This document shows positions 23,878 to 38,254 of a DNA stretch of 64,000 nucleotides, piece by piece. A model generated the notes under the pieces. That model saw nothing but the letters and a program-made list of their open reading frames with translations. It did no database searches and was not told the DNA's origin. The DNA comes from an uncultured Acidobacteriota bacterium (GTDB taxonomy: Bacteria > Acidobacteriota > UBA6911): assembly GCA_963827655.1 (NCBI GenBank), contig CAWHCF010000053.1:1-64000 (forward strand), given 5' to 3'. The position numbers and the translations under genes were made by a program. Position 1 is the stretch's first letter, and every line of letters begins with the position of its first letter.

Positions 23878-24588
23878 ATGAACGTGCTGGTTGTTGATAT
23901 CGGCGGGACCAACGTCAAGATTCTTGCCAGCGGACAGTCTGAACCTCGGAAGTTCCCATCGGGACCGGAGATGACGCCTAAACAGATGGTCTCGGGAGTC
24001 AAGCAGCTGGCGGGGGAATGGAAATATGATGCCGTATCGATAGGCTACCCCGGCCGGATTCATCGCGGTCGCATAGTTTCCGAACCCCATAATCTCGCGT
24101 CGGGCTGGGTGGGATTTAACTTCGAAGCGGCTTTCGGTTGCCCTGTCAAGCTCATGAATGATGCGGCCTTGCAAGCCCTGGGGAGCTATAAAGGTGGTAC
24201 GCTGCTCTTTCTGGGCCTGGGAACTGGTCTCGGTTCCGCCCTGGTGGTGGAGGGAACCGTGGTTCCCATGGAACTGGCCCACCTTTCTTACAGAAAAAGG
24301 ACCTACGAGGACCACGTCGGTAACCGGGGACGGAAACGGCTGGGCCAAAACAAATGGGCCCGACATGTCGCCTATTCAGTTGCTCGCCTGGTCGAAGCTC
24401 TTCACCCCGATGACATTGTTCTTGGCGGCGGCAACTCAAAGAAGCTCAAAAAGCTGCCGCCAGGTTGCCGACTAGGCGACAACGCCAATGCGTTTCTCGG
24501 AGGGTTTCGGCTCTGGGATGGCCACGATGCGTTGACACGCCGTGATGCTTTGATCATCAAGAGGAAACGAAAGGAGCAACCAGCATGA
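23878..24588 (+). CDS. ROK-family sugar kinase, polyphosphate glucokinase-like
   Basis: [31 protein letters not shown] and LGGGN motifs; no Cys-rich Zn motif; ATGA-coupled to pgi. Confidence 0.8.
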   Translation: MNVLVVDIGGTNVKILASGQSEPRKFPSGPEMTPKQMVSGVKQLAGEWKYDAVSIGYPGRIHRGRIVSEPHNLASGWVGFNFEAAFGCPVKLMNDAALQALGSYKGGTLLFLGLGTGLGSALVVEGTVVPMELAHLSYRKRTYEDHVGNRGRKRLGQNKWARHVAYSVARLVEALHPDDIVLGGGNSKKLKKLPPGCRLGDNANAFLGGFRLWDGHDALTRRDALIIKRKRKEQPA

Positions 24589-26231
24589 CGGCAGGCATCG
24601 CACAACTTAGCGAACGTCCGGCCTGGAACGCCCTCGCGGCGCACCATGCCAATGTCCGCGACCTGCACCTGCGAACGCTCTTCGCGGATGATCCCGCACG
24701 GGGTGAGCGCATGACCCTGGAGGCCGTGGGCCTCTACTTCGATTACTCGAAGAACCGGATCACCGACGAAACTCTGAAGCTGCTCCTGCGGCTGGCGCAG
24801 GAATCCGATCTGCAATCGCGGATCGACGCCATGTTCCGAGGCGAAAAGATCAACCTCACGGAAGGCCGGGCGGTCCTGCACGTGGCCTTGCGCGCTCCGA
24901 AAGGCGCATCCATCGTCGTCGATGGCGAGAACGTGGTGCCTCGAGTTCACGCCGTGCTCGATAGGATGACTGACTTCTCCAACCAGGTCCGCAGCGGCGC
25001 CTGGAAGGGCTACACTGGCAAGCGCATTCGCACCATCGTCAACGTCGGAATCGGCGGCTCTGACCTCGGGCCTGTGATGGCCTACGAGGCACTCAAGCAT
25101 TACAGCGACCGCTTTCTGACGTTTCGTTTCGTTTCCAACGTCGATGGTACCGACTTCGTGGAAGCGACCTGCGACCTCGATCCCGCCGAAACACTCTTCA
25201 TTGTCTCATCGAAAACCTTCACGACGCTCGAGACGATGACCAACGCGCAAAGCGCCCGCGAGTGGTTGCTCCGCGGACTGGGCCCGGATGTCAAGGCGGT
25301 CGCCAGGCATTTCGTCGCAGTCTCGACCAATGCCCGGAAGGTTTCGGAGTTCGGCATCGACACGGCCAACATGTTCGAGTTCTGGGACTGGGTGGGCGGG
25401 CGCTACTCGATGGACTCGGCGATCGGCCTGTCCACGATGCTGGCCATCGGCCCGGAACACTTCCGCGCCTTCCTGGATGGCCTTCACCGCATGGATGAGC
25501 ACTTCCGCACGGCTCCGTTCGAGCGCAACCTGCCGGTGCTCATGGCATTGCTGACTGTCTGGTACAACAACTTCTTCGGCGCCCAGACTGTGGCCGTGTT
25601 GCCGTACGAGCAATACCTGAAGCGCTTCCCGGCCTATCTGCAGCAGTTGATAATGGAGAGCAACGGCAAGCGCGTCACACTCGATGGCGCGCAGGTAGCC
25701 TGCGACACGAGTCCGATCTACTGGGGCGAGCCGGGAACCAACGGCCAGCATTCCTTCTACCAGCTGATTCATCAGGGGACCCGGCTCATTCCGTGCGACT
25801 TCATCGCCTTCGACGAGCCTCTCAACCCTCTGGGCCGGCACCACGACTTGCTCGTGGCCAACGTCTTCGCCCAGGCCGAGGCACTCGCCTTCGGCAAGAC
25901 GTCCGAGCAGGTCAAGGCCGAGGGGACGCCGGATTGGCTCGTGCCCCATCGAGTCTTCGAAGGCAATCGACCGTCGAACATGATTCTCGCCCGGCGGCTG
26001 ACGCCTGAAACGCTGGGCAAGCTTGTCGCCCTCTACGAGCACAGCGTCTTCACGCAAGGTGTTATCTGGAACGTGAACCCATTCGACCAGTGGGGAGTCG
26101 AGCTGGGCAAGGTGCTGGCCCAGCGCATTGTCCCGGAACTCGAGAGCAAGACCGAACCCAGCCTCAATCATGACACTTCCACGAACAACCTGATCCGGCG
26201 ATATCGAAAATCGGCCGGATCACGATCATAA
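24585..26231 (+). CDS. pgi: Glucose-6-phosphate isomerase
   Basis: [29 protein letters not shown] and [10 protein letters not shown] motifs. Confidence 0.97.
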   Translation: MTAGIAQLSERPAWNALAAHHANVRDLHLRTLFADDPARGERMTLEAVGLYFDYSKNRITDETLKLLLRLAQESDLQSRIDAMFRGEKINLTEGRAVLHVALRAPKGASIVVDGENVVPRVHAVLDRMTDFSNQVRSGAWKGYTGKRIRTIVNVGIGGSDLGPVMAYEALKHYSDRFLTFRFVSNVDGTDFVEATCDLDPAETLFIVSSKTFTTLETMTNAQSAREWLLRGLGPDVKAVARHFVAVSTNARKVSEFGIDTANMFEFWDWVGGRYSMDSAIGLSTMLAIGPEHFRAFLDGLHRMDEHFRTAPFERNLPVLMALLTVWYNNFFGAQTVAVLPYEQYLKRFPAYLQQLIMESNGKRVTLDGAQVACDTSPIYWGEPGTNGQHSFYQLIHQGTRLIPCDFIAFDEPLNPLGRHHDLLVANVFAQAEALAFGKTSEQVKAEGTPDWLVPHRVFEGNRPSNMILARRLTPETLGKLVALYEHSVFTQGVIWNVNPFDQWGVELGKVLAQRIVPELESKTEPSLNHDTSTNNLIRRYRKSAGSRS

Positions 26232-26313
26232 TGTGCCGGCGAAGCTCTCGGGGGCTGACAGGGCCGGTATTTGTGATTTTGGACTTTTTGATTTCTAAAA
26301 AGGAGACGACATT

Positions 26314-27342
26314 ATGGCTACTCGAATAGGCATCAACGGCTTTGGGCGCATCGGCCGCCAGGTTTACAGAGTGATCCGCGAGCGCTATGACCAGGAAATC
26401 GATGTCGTGGCTGTGAATGACATCGGCCGGATCAAGATCATGACGCATCTGCTCAAGTACGACTCGAACTATGGGCGCTTTCCCGGCGAGGTCGTGGCGC
26501 GTGAAGACGGCTTCGTGGCCAACGGGGACGAGGTCAAGATCCTGGCGGAACGGGATCCGGCACGTTTGCCCTGGGGCAAATTAGGTGTTGAAATTGTTGT
26601 CGAATCGACGGGCCTGTTCCGCCAGCGCGACAAGGCGAAGCTGCACCTCGAGGCCGGGGCCAAAAAGGTGATTATCACGGCGCCGGCCAAGGACGAGGAT
26701 TTGACCGTAGTCCTGGGCGTGAACGAGAACATGTATGATCCGGCCCGGCACCATATTCTTTCGAATGCCTCCTGCACCACCAATGGACTCGCTCCGGTCG
26801 CCAAGGTGCTCTTCGACAAGTTCGGCATTGAGAAAGGCATCCTGACCACTGTCCATTCCTACACCAACACGCAGCGGCTGCTGGATCTCGAGGCTGAGGA
26901 CCCGCGCGATGCGCGTGCCGCCGCGATGAACATCGTCCCGTCCGAAACCGGGGCGGCAAAAGCTGTGGGTCTCGTCATTCCTCAACTGAAAGGAAAGTTC
27001 TCTGGGATGGCCTTCCGCGTGCCTACGCCTACGGTTTCGGTCATCGATTTTACCGCCGTGCTGTCAAAGAATGCCACGGTCGCAGAGATCAACGCGGCGA
27101 TGAAGGAATATGCCGAGGGCCCGATGAAGGGCATTCTGGCCTACTCCGAAGAGCCCCTGGTCTCGAGCGACCTCAAAGGTGACCCGCACTCATCCACCTT
27201 CAGCGCCCTCGACACGCAGGTCGTCGGCGGCAACCTGGCGAAGGTCATTGCGTGGTATGACAACGAGTTGGGCTACTCGGTTCGGGTGGCGGACCTGGTT
27301 CATTATGTAATCAAAAAAACTTCGCTAAAAGCTGCGAGTTGA
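26314..27342 (+). CDS. gap: Type I glyceraldehyde-3-phosphate dehydrogenase
   Basis: [18 protein letters not shown] and WYDNE motifs. Confidence 0.97.
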   Translation: MATRIGINGFGRIGRQVYRVIRERYDQEIDVVAVNDIGRIKIMTHLLKYDSNYGRFPGEVVAREDGFVANGDEVKILAERDPARLPWGKLGVEIVVESTGLFRQRDKAKLHLEAGAKKVIITAPAKDEDLTVVLGVNENMYDPARHHILSNASCTTNGLAPVAKVLFDKFGIEKGILTTVHSYTNTQRLLDLEAEDPRDARAAAMNIVPSETGAAKAVGLVIPQLKGKFSGMAFRVPTPTVSVIDFTAVLSKNATVAEINAAMKEYAEGPMKGILAYSEEPLVSSDLKGDPHSSTFSALDTQVVGGNLAKVIAWYDNELGYSVRVADLVHYVIKKTSLKAAS

Positions 27343-27363
27343 TCTCAATTTGTATTGGCCGTC

Positions 27364-27452
27364 GAAATTCGGTGACAGGCACCAATTGCGTTGTTAAGCG
27401 CGGCCAAAAGATGAGAGTTTTGCCATGCAATTGGAGCCTGTCACCGAATTTC
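27364..27452. repeat. 89-bp inverted-repeat element (REP/MITE-like) between gap and gpmA
   Basis: gaaattcggtgacaggcaccaattgc (27364-27389) and gcaattggagcctgtcaccgaatttc (27427-27452) are a 25/26 inverted match. Confidence 0.75.
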
Positions 27453-27468
27453 CTGGGGGATTCTTGTC

Positions 27469-28269
27469 ATGCACAAACTAATTCTACTTCGGCACGGCCA
27501 GAGCGATTGGAACCGGGAGAATCGTTTTACTGGTTGGACCGACGTGGATCTGTCCCAGCTGGGGGTTGAGGAAGCGCGCCAATCCGGACAGGTGCTGCTT
27601 GAACAGGGATTCACGTTCGATGTCGCCTTTACTTCCCTGCTCAAGCGCGCGATCCGGACGCTGTGGATCGTGCTCGACGGGATGGACCTGATGTGGATTC
27701 CGGTGCACCGCTCCTGGCAGCTCAACGAGCGGCATTACGGGGCTTTGCAGGGGCTGAACAAAGCGGAGACGGCGGAACGCTTCGGCGAGGCGCAGGTCAA
27801 ACTGTGGCGGCGCAGTTACGACATTCAGCCGCCTGCCCTGGAAATCTCGGATCCGCGCTTCCCCGGACAGGATCGCCGCTACGCCGACCTTTCGGACCAG
27901 GAACTCCCTCGGACCGAGTGCTTGAAAGACACCGTCGCCCGTTTCCTGCCGTACTGGCACGAAACGATTACCCCGGCAATCCTCGCCGGCAAGCGAGTGC
28001 TCATCGCCGCGCACGGCAACAGCCTGCGGGCCCTGGTGAAGCAGCTCGACAAGATCAGCGACGACGAGATCGTGAACCTGAACATCCCGACCGGCATACC
28101 GCTGATGTATGAACTGGATGACCACCTGCAACCGATCCGCCACGAATACCTGGGCGATCCCGAGCAAGTGCGCAAGGCCATCGAGGCTGTTGCCCACCAG
28201 GGCAAAGCCGGCAAGCCCGGGGGCCCTCGCATCGACAGGAATTCGACGACAGAAAACAGGGTGCCATGA
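27469..28269 (+). CDS. gpmA: 2,3-bisphosphoglycerate-dependent phosphoglycerate mutase
   Basis: [22 protein letters not shown] and AHGNSLR motifs. Confidence 0.97.
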   Translation: MHKLILLRHGQSDWNRENRFTGWTDVDLSQLGVEEARQSGQVLLEQGFTFDVAFTSLLKRAIRTLWIVLDGMDLMWIPVHRSWQLNERHYGALQGLNKAETAERFGEAQVKLWRRSYDIQPPALEISDPRFPGQDRRYADLSDQELPRTECLKDTVARFLPYWHETITPAILAGKRVLIAAHGNSLRALVKQLDKISDDEIVNLNIPTGIPLMYELDDHLQPIRHEYLGDPEQVRKAIEAVAHQGKAGKPGGPRIDRNSTTENRVP

Positions 28270-29207
28270 AAGTCGGCATTGTCGGCAGCGGCTTGGTCGG
28301 CGCCACCGCCGGGTACGCGCTCGTGATGCAGGGAGTCGGGCGCGAGATCGTCCTGGTGGACAAGAACACAGCCCGAGCCGCGGCGGAGGCGGACGACCTT
28401 CGCCATGCCGTGCCATTTGCGCACGCGCTTGAGATCCGCTCCGGTGGCTACGAGGCTCTGGCCGACTCTAGTGTTGTCCTGCTCTGCGCCGGCGTCGGGC
28501 AGAAGCCCGGAGAGACTCGACTGCAGCTTCTCCAGCGCAACGCGCACGTCTTCCGCGAAGTGGTGCCGGCAGTTCTGGCGAACGCACCCGACGCTGTGCT
28601 CGTCGTCGCCACCAACCCGGTTGACGTGATGACGCACCTGGCCGCTCGGTTTGCTGCTCTCTGCGGCGTGCCGGCCGGGCGCGTGCTGGGCTCGGGTACA
28701 ACCCTGGATACGGCCCGCTTCCGCAGTCTGCTCGGAAACCATTGCGGCATCGATCCACAACACATTCACGCGCACGTCATCGGCGAGCACGGCGATTCTG
28801 AGGTCCTCACCTGGTCGCTGGCCACCGTCGCGGGTATGCCCCTGCAGTCTTTCATCACACTTCGCGGGATCGATCTGTCCGAACCGGTGCGCCAGGAAAT
28901 CGACCGCCAGGTGCGCGGCGCCGCCTATACGATCATCAGCGGCAAAGGCGCCACCTATTACGGGATTGGCAGCGCGTTGGCGCGCATCGTCAAGGTGATT
29001 TTGCACGACCAGCGGTCCGTGATGACGGTGTGCTTGCCGATGCCCGAGGTTGCAGGTGTTTCCAACGTCACCCTCTCCTTGCCCCGGTTGGTGGGGGGCG
29101 AGGGTGTGCTGGAAACGTTTCCCCTGCCCCTGAACGAGCGTGAGACCGCACGATTGAGTGAAAGCGCGCAGGTGATTCGGCAGGCCCTTGATGAACTCGG
29201 AGAGTGA
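28266..29207 (+). CDS. ldh: L-lactate dehydrogenase
   Basis: GSGLVG Rossmann motif; specificity loop [11 protein letters not shown] has Gln, not the MDH Arg; also TNPVD, LDTARF and GEHGDS. Confidence 0.93.
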   Translation: MKVGIVGSGLVGATAGYALVMQGVGREIVLVDKNTARAAAEADDLRHAVPFAHALEIRSGGYEALADSSVVLLCAGVGQKPGETRLQLLQRNAHVFREVVPAVLANAPDAVLVVATNPVDVMTHLAARFAALCGVPAGRVLGSGTTLDTARFRSLLGNHCGIDPQHIHAHVIGEHGDSEVLTWSLATVAGMPLQSFITLRGIDLSEPVRQEIDRQVRGAAYTIISGKGATYYGIGSALARIVKVILHDQRSVMTVCLPMPEVAGVSNVTLSLPRLVGGEGVLETFPLPLNERETARLSESAQVIRQALDELGE

Positions 29208-29313
29208 CGAAAGTCCGGTTACATCTTCCTGAGAGCCCTGCGGCGACGGTCAATCAGACGCGTCGCAAGTAACGTGATCGAGATCTGTTGAGCCCTGAGA
29301 AGTTCTTTGCCTC

Positions 29314-29448
29314 TCATTAGTCATGGTCATGTGTCATTTGTCATTTGTCATTCATGGGGGTAACAAGGCCCGCGTAGTCTGCGAGCTCAGACACGGTCCG
29401 CAGCACCTCACTAGTGACAAATGACAGATGACGAGAAATGACCAATGA
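29314..29448. repeat. Heptamer short tandem repeats (TCATTTG / CAAATGA) arranged as an inverted pair
   Basis: tcattagtcatggtcatgtgtcatttgtcatttgtcat at ~29314-29351 and tgacaaatgacagatgacgagaaatgaccaatga at ~29415-29448. Confidence 0.65.
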
Positions 29449-29604
29449 AAGCTTTTGTGCCACCGGTAGACGGCCCGGGCTTCGATAGCCCGTCCGCACA
29501 TGGATCGGGAGGTTGGCCAGCCTTCGACCCTCGTCAACGGGACGCGCGAAGAACGTCGAGAACCATACCGCTAGTGTCTGAATCGCAGATAAGGAGAATG
29601 TGAC

Positions 29605-30780
29605 GTGAACAAGAAAACGGTTCGCATGCTGGACGTTGCCGGTAAACGCGTGCTGGTCCGTGTGGACTTCAACGTTCCGTTGGAGAAGGGCACGGTCAGT
29701 GATGACACGCGCATCCGGGCTGCGCTGCCGACCATCCAGTACCTGCTGGAGCATGACGCTCGACCGATTCTTTGTTCTCACCTCGGCCGGCCCAAAGGAA
29801 AAGCCGATCCGAAATACAGTCTGAAGCCGGTGGCTGTAAGACTCGGCCAGCTTCTCGATCGCCCCGTCGAGATGGCTCCCGATTGCGTTGGGCCCGTGGT
29901 TGAGGAAATGGCCAGGAAGTTGCCGCCCGGCGGTGTTCTGCTGCTGGAGAACCTTCGATTTCATCCGGAGGAAGAGGCCAATGACGCCAAGTTTGCCCGG
30001 GCGCTCGCTTCCCTGGCTGACGTTTACGTGAACGACGCCTTCGGCTCGGCTCACCGCGCGCACGCCTCGACGGTTGGGGTCACTGCGTACCTTCCGGCCG
30101 TGGCAGGATTCTTGATGGAGAAGGAACTTGCCTTTCTTGGGCGGGCTCTCGCCGCTCCGGCGCGACCGTTCATTGCCGTGCTGGGTGGCGCGAAGGTGTC
30201 CGACAAGATCAAGGTGATTCACAACCTGCTGGGGAAGGTCGATTCGCTGCTCATCGGCGGCGGCATGGCCAACACCTTTCTGAAGGCACAGGGCAAGGCT
30301 GTGGGCGAGTCCTTGGTAGAAAATGACAAACTCGCGGAAGCCAGAACTTTGCTGCGCGACGGCGGCTCCAAGCTGATCCTGCCGGTCGACGCAGTGGTTG
30401 CGGACCGCCTGGATGCCGGCGCGCAGACGCGTACGGTCCCGGTGGATGCTGTCCCGGCCGGCTGGCGTATCCTCGATATCGGACCGGAGACAACGGAGCG
30501 CTTCCTGCAACATCTGAGCACGGCGCAGACCGTCGTGTGGAACGGTCCCATGGGCGTCTTCGAATTGGCGCCTTTCGCCGCCGGAACTTTTGCCATTGCC
30601 CGCGCACTGGCCCAACTGTCGGGAGCAACAACCATCATTGGCGGCGGTGACTCCGCGGCCGCGGTTGAGCAGGCTGGCGTGGCGCAGCACATGACGCACA
30701 TCTCGACGGGCGGCGGAGCGTCCCTGGAGTTTCTTGAAGGCAAAGAACTCCCTGGCGTCGCTGCCCTCCAGGAGCCATAG
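29605..30780 (+). CDS. pgk: Phosphoglycerate kinase
   Basis: RVDFNVP, SHLGRP, LLENLRF, WNGPMG, GGGDS and STGGGAS motifs; AAGGAG RBS before a GTG start. Confidence 0.97.
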   Translation: MNKKTVRMLDVAGKRVLVRVDFNVPLEKGTVSDDTRIRAALPTIQYLLEHDARPILCSHLGRPKGKADPKYSLKPVAVRLGQLLDRPVEMAPDCVGPVVEEMARKLPPGGVLLLENLRFHPEEEANDAKFARALASLADVYVNDAFGSAHRAHASTVGVTAYLPAVAGFLMEKELAFLGRALAAPARPFIAVLGGAKVSDKIKVIHNLLGKVDSLLIGGGMANTFLKAQGKAVGESLVENDKLAEARTLLRDGGSKLILPVDAVVADRLDAGAQTRTVPVDAVPAGWRILDIGPETTERFLQHLSTAQTVVWNGPMGVFELAPFAAGTFAIARALAQLSGATTIIGGGDSAAAVEQAGVAQHMTHISTGGGASLEFLEGKELPGVAALQEP

Positions 30781-30791
30781 CCTCATTATTA

Positions 30792-31024
30792 GGGTTCGCG
30801 CAGAAATAAGTTCGCATTCTGCTGCAGGCCCCCAGGCCTGCTGGCGAGGCGCGAGCGACGATGCGTACCCGGTGCGGTACGTGAGGAGCGAGCAACAAAG
30901 CCAGCGGGCCTGCGGGCCGCAGCCCGAAGGGGCGCGATCCTCAGCGTGCTTAGCGAACAGAAACCGGTTCATGATTGACCGCCGGCTTTCGCGCCAGAAT
31001 GTGAAGTTATTTCTGCGCGAGCCC
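30792..31024. mobile_element. 233-bp MITE with ~30-bp terminal inverted repeats and a TTA direct repeat
   Basis: gggttcgcgcagaaataagttcgcattctg ... cagaatgtgaagttatttctgcgcgagccc (3 mismatches). TTA at 30789-30791 and 31025-31027. No transposase. Confidence 0.8.
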
Positions 31025-31028
31025 TTAG

Positions 31029-32327
<1,299 letters not shown>

Positions 32328-32408
32328 GCGCCTGAGCACGGAAGAAACCCAGGGAAATGGAACAGCCCATCGTGAAGCTTGCCCCCGCAACCAAAGATCC
32401 TCGCAGGG

Positions 32409-32442
32409 AGAGGTCGTCGGATTCCGACGACCTCTTCGTTTG
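32409..32442 (+). terminator. Strong palindrome downstream of eno; candidate intrinsic (possibly bidirectional) terminator
   Basis: agaggtcgtcgga-t-tccgacgacctct followed by tcgttt; lies between convergent genes. Confidence 0.55.
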
Positions 32443-32581
32443 TACGGTTGCCCCAGCATGGCCGCAAGATTCCCTCTGAGCTCGATCTGGAGACCCTCTC
32501 CGTCTGGGGCCGGCGTCAGCCGTTCGTTCTCCGGAGCCTCTCGATGGCGACTCTATTAGGTGTGAACGGTGGCGAGGACCA

Positions 32582-32980
32582 TCACAAGCCGAACAGTCCC
32601 GAGAAGAACTTCTGCGCCAGTTCCGTGATTGGATATCGAACAACAACAGGGGCGTTAGCGGCGCGACAGCCGCGATCATCATCATCGTCAGCAGGCGTGG
32701 ACCAACCGTGATCCAGCGCATCCCCTTCACGACGCTGACAGAGTTGGCCAGGTCCGCCAGCGACTGGAGGTCTGCGTTCCGGGCAACGGCTCGCCGGGGG
32801 CACTGTTGTCCCGGTCCATTGCCTCGAACTCGGTGACGTAGCGTTCGGCGCGGCCCATGTAGATCCCGCCGCCGAGGACGAGGCCGACCGCAACGGTGTT
32901 GGTTCCGCGCACCAGGCCCAGACGGCGGCCCAGTTGGTGGAGAGGGCCGCCGATCAAGGAAAAGGGCTCGGGCGATTCAG
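32582..32980 (-). pseudogene. Degraded remnant of a hypothetical membrane protein (N- and C-terminal parts joined, frameshifted)
   Basis: Protein-like pieces in three frames: FSLIGGPLHQLGRRLGLVRGTNTVAVGLVLG / YMGRAERYVTEFE...EPLPGT / MRWITVGPRLLTMMMIAAVAPL / YPITELAQKFFSGLFGL*. Confidence 0.5.
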
Positions 32981-33033
32981 GGAAGCCATCGGCGCCTCCC
33001 GTGGCAAGCCGTGGCGCCTCGCAGCCCAAGCGG

Positions 33034-33968
33034 TTACGTTACCTGCTTCCCGCGGAATTTGCGCACCACGATCACGACAACGACGATCAGCAAGGCGATT
33101 AGACCCAACCACAGTAGCGGGCTTGTCCCGGTATCCTCGTCTCTGGTGCCACAGGCGGAGGAGGCTCGGGCGCGGGCGCAGGCGGAGGAGGCTCGGGCGC
33201 GGGCGCAGGCGGAGGAGCCGCGGGCGCAGGCTCAGGAGCCGCGGGCGCAGGCTTAGGAGGCTCGGGCGCAGGCTTAGGAGCCGGCGTAGGCGGAGGAGGC
33301 TCGGGCGCAGGCTTAGGAGCCGGCGTAGGCGGAGGAGGCTCGGGCACAGGCTTAGGAGCCGGCGTAGGCGGAGGAGCCGCGGCCCGCAATGGTGGCGCAT
33401 TCCCCACGACCGCAGTGTCAGTGGTGATCTCCACGTCGGGTTCTTCAACGATCTTCTCTGCCGAAACGTTCATACCCTTTCTCAGGTCAAATACGGTCCC
33501 TGGGCGACCCTCGATCATGAACTTGACGGTTTTGTCTTTCACTACGTACTGTTTGTTTTGACCATCCGGCAGCGTCAGGATCACGTTGGGTGGTGAGGCG
33601 AACCACACCCGGCCGCTCAGTTGCGACTTCGTCCGAACGGTTATGGGGGTGGTGGTCGTCTTCACCGTGGCGGTGAGCGTCGTGCCCGGTTGCAGGTCCC
33701 GCACCGTTAGCTCCTTGCCGTCGATGAGGAACCTCCGCGTCTCCGGCACCCTGAACGTTCTCATCTCGCCGGTCGAAAGCCTGACTAGGAGGTCCCTGCC
33801 TTCGACCTGCACGACCTCGCCCTTCAATTGCGAGGTGCTGACGGTCGCGCTGCCCTTCACCCTTTCCGCCGTGGTCTGCTGTGCCAGGGCCGAGACAGTT
33901 GCCGCGAAAAGCAGCGACGCGCACAACGTAGCCCACAGGGTGATCGAGAACTTCGGTCTTGCGAACAT
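33034..33968 (-). CDS. Secreted/surface protein with Pro-rich stalk; C-terminal membrane anchor separated by a frameshift near 33140
   Basis: GGAGG RBS and a signal peptide; two beta-rich repeat domains; PAPEPPP tandem repeats. A shifted frame encodes DEDTGTSPLLWLGLIALLIVVVVIVVRKFRGKQVT*. Confidence 0.75.
33150..33382 (-). repeat. Coding tandem repeats (Pro/Ala/Glu-rich linker)
   Basis: Repeated ggcggaggaggctcgggcgc units and ~36-bp ggcttaggagccggcgtaggcggaggaggctcgggc units. Confidence 0.85.
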
Positions 33969-34134
33969 ACTGATCCTCCTCCGCGAAAAATAGTTGCGTA
34001 TTGTCCTGCGACTGCACATGATGCCCGTTATCGCACTCTCACCAGCCTCGCGTGGTCGCGAGCGTCAACTTCTCGAAACGCCATTACCTCTTGTTCAGGT
34101 CATCGTCTTTGTAGTACTTGGTGCCTCCCGAGCC

Positions 34135-34300
34135 TCGCGGGCCGCAATACGGGCGCGAGCGACGAAGCGTTCCTGACAAGGCTCGCGATCGCCGCGGGCA
34201 TTGTATCACCGACGCGCATGGACCTGGCCAGATTTGAAGAGGCGCACCCCGCGGGTGATGGAATTCAGGAGTTGGTGGCCGATAAGGGCTTCACAGCAGC
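34135..34300 (+). mobile_element. Transposase remnant (IS1182-like DDE), internally deleted
   Basis: RNTGASDEAFLTRLAIAAGIVSPTRMDLARF joined directly to GDGIQELVADKGF (ADKGY-like catalytic Asp motif). Recognised from memory of the family, not by search. Confidence 0.55.
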
Positions 34301-34639
34301 CAGGTGTTTGGCCGCTCCTGAAGCAAGCTTCCGGGTACTCTGGTGCGCTCAATCCACCAGCTTCATTCTGACTCTATCTGCGTGCAGCAAACGACGGAAC
34401 TGTAAAGGATGGCAGGTTGAGCATTTCAGAGCCACGGGATATCGGGTCTGGTTATTTCGATTTCGCCTGCAGCAGCACACCTTTGCTTCTGGCTCGGATA
34501 TCAAGGGCTGTCAGCCCTTGGCCTGGTTGAGTCGGGATATCAGCAACAGATTCGCGAGCGCTCCGGCTTCGGGAGCAACCATCTCATCAAGCTGGGCCGC
34601 AGGGTGAGAGGATTTCGCATTCGTTTAGTGCGCACGAAT

Positions 34640-34836
34640 CAGTATTACAGAAACTACCGCTGGCTCGTCACGGACCCCGACATGGCGACCCTTCGCAACA
34701 GCCCCCCTTTCGAGAACTGCTCAATGAACTATATGCAAGGTGGCAGCGTGACGTCGCTGAATTGGGTCCCTCGTTTCCTGCCCTTCCACCTGAAATGCCC
34801 ACGCCTCAAGCCTATCTCACCCAGCGCTCCAAGTAG
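34640..34836 (+). pseudogene. Possible C-terminal remnant of a TPR-containing protein
   Basis: YRNYRWLVTDPDMATLRNSPPF, then after a 1-nt shift RELLNELYARWQRD...*. Resembles the DP(D/L)xxLRxxPxF end-of-TPR motif. Confidence 0.3.
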
Positions 34837-35029
34837 CCCACGCGTCGCAGCGCCGCGGGGTAATCCCGCTAGGACGGTCGCTCAGGGTACCGAGTCAGTT
34901 TGTTCCGTCCGGGGTGTTCAAACCGAATAAACCTGCTAACTCAGTCTGGTTCTCGAATAATATTGTATATTTCTTCGATTCAGAAAATTCAGCGAACGGC
35001 CCCCGAGTGACCGGGAGCCTTTGGCTTGT

Positions 35030-35351
35030 GTGGCGGGTCATCAGACCCGCGTATTAAATGTTTCTTCGATCTGAGATTATTGCTCAGGCTGGCCAGAGAA
35101 ATCTAAGAGAGAACGAACTACGATTGCGCTCGACGCACGGGTCTGATGACCCGTGCCACAGACTCAATTTTTTCACAGCTTCTGAGGCCGGGAATTGGAG
35201 GCGCGTCAATAACGAGCGCCGAAGGTGCGACACAGATTAGTGCCGGGCCAGTCGAGCGCGGGTCATCAGAGGCTGTCGCGAAACCGAAGGCAAGGCCGTG
35301 TAAGAGAATTGGTTGAGGCCGTTAAGGCCGGCCGTGAATAACCCCGCCCGT
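35030..35351. repeat. Cluster of REP-like palindromes and MITE ends
   Basis: gcgggtcatcagacccgc (35033-35050), cacgggtctgatgacccgtg (35136-35155), a ttttttcacagcttc end, a family A segment (35183-35248), a gaggctgtcgcgaaa end (35269-35283) and an inverted family A segment (~35316-35351). Confidence 0.7.
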
Positions 35352-35464
35352 TACTTCGAGCAACATACTCGCTGTTGCAACATTACAGCAAATATCTGAG
35401 AGGCAGGCTCAATTGTCCGTTTGAGCCCAACAACATATCAACCAAGAAAGAGGTATGACGAGGT

Positions 35465-38188
<2,724 letters not shown>

Positions 38189-38254
38189 AGTGGGCGCAGA
38201 GTAAACAAAGCGCGGGCGCGGGCTCACAGTCATGGAGGCTGACGGCACGAAATC

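Noticed and set aside
33150-33382. Regularly spaced ~21-36 bp repeats as a possible CRISPR array
   Set aside because: No unique spacers; the units are in-frame and encode a Pro-rich linker; no cas genes.
34320-34620. Possible minus-strand gene tail (…GLTALDIRARSKGVLLQAKSK*)
   Set aside because: Too short and interrupted to assign to any family.
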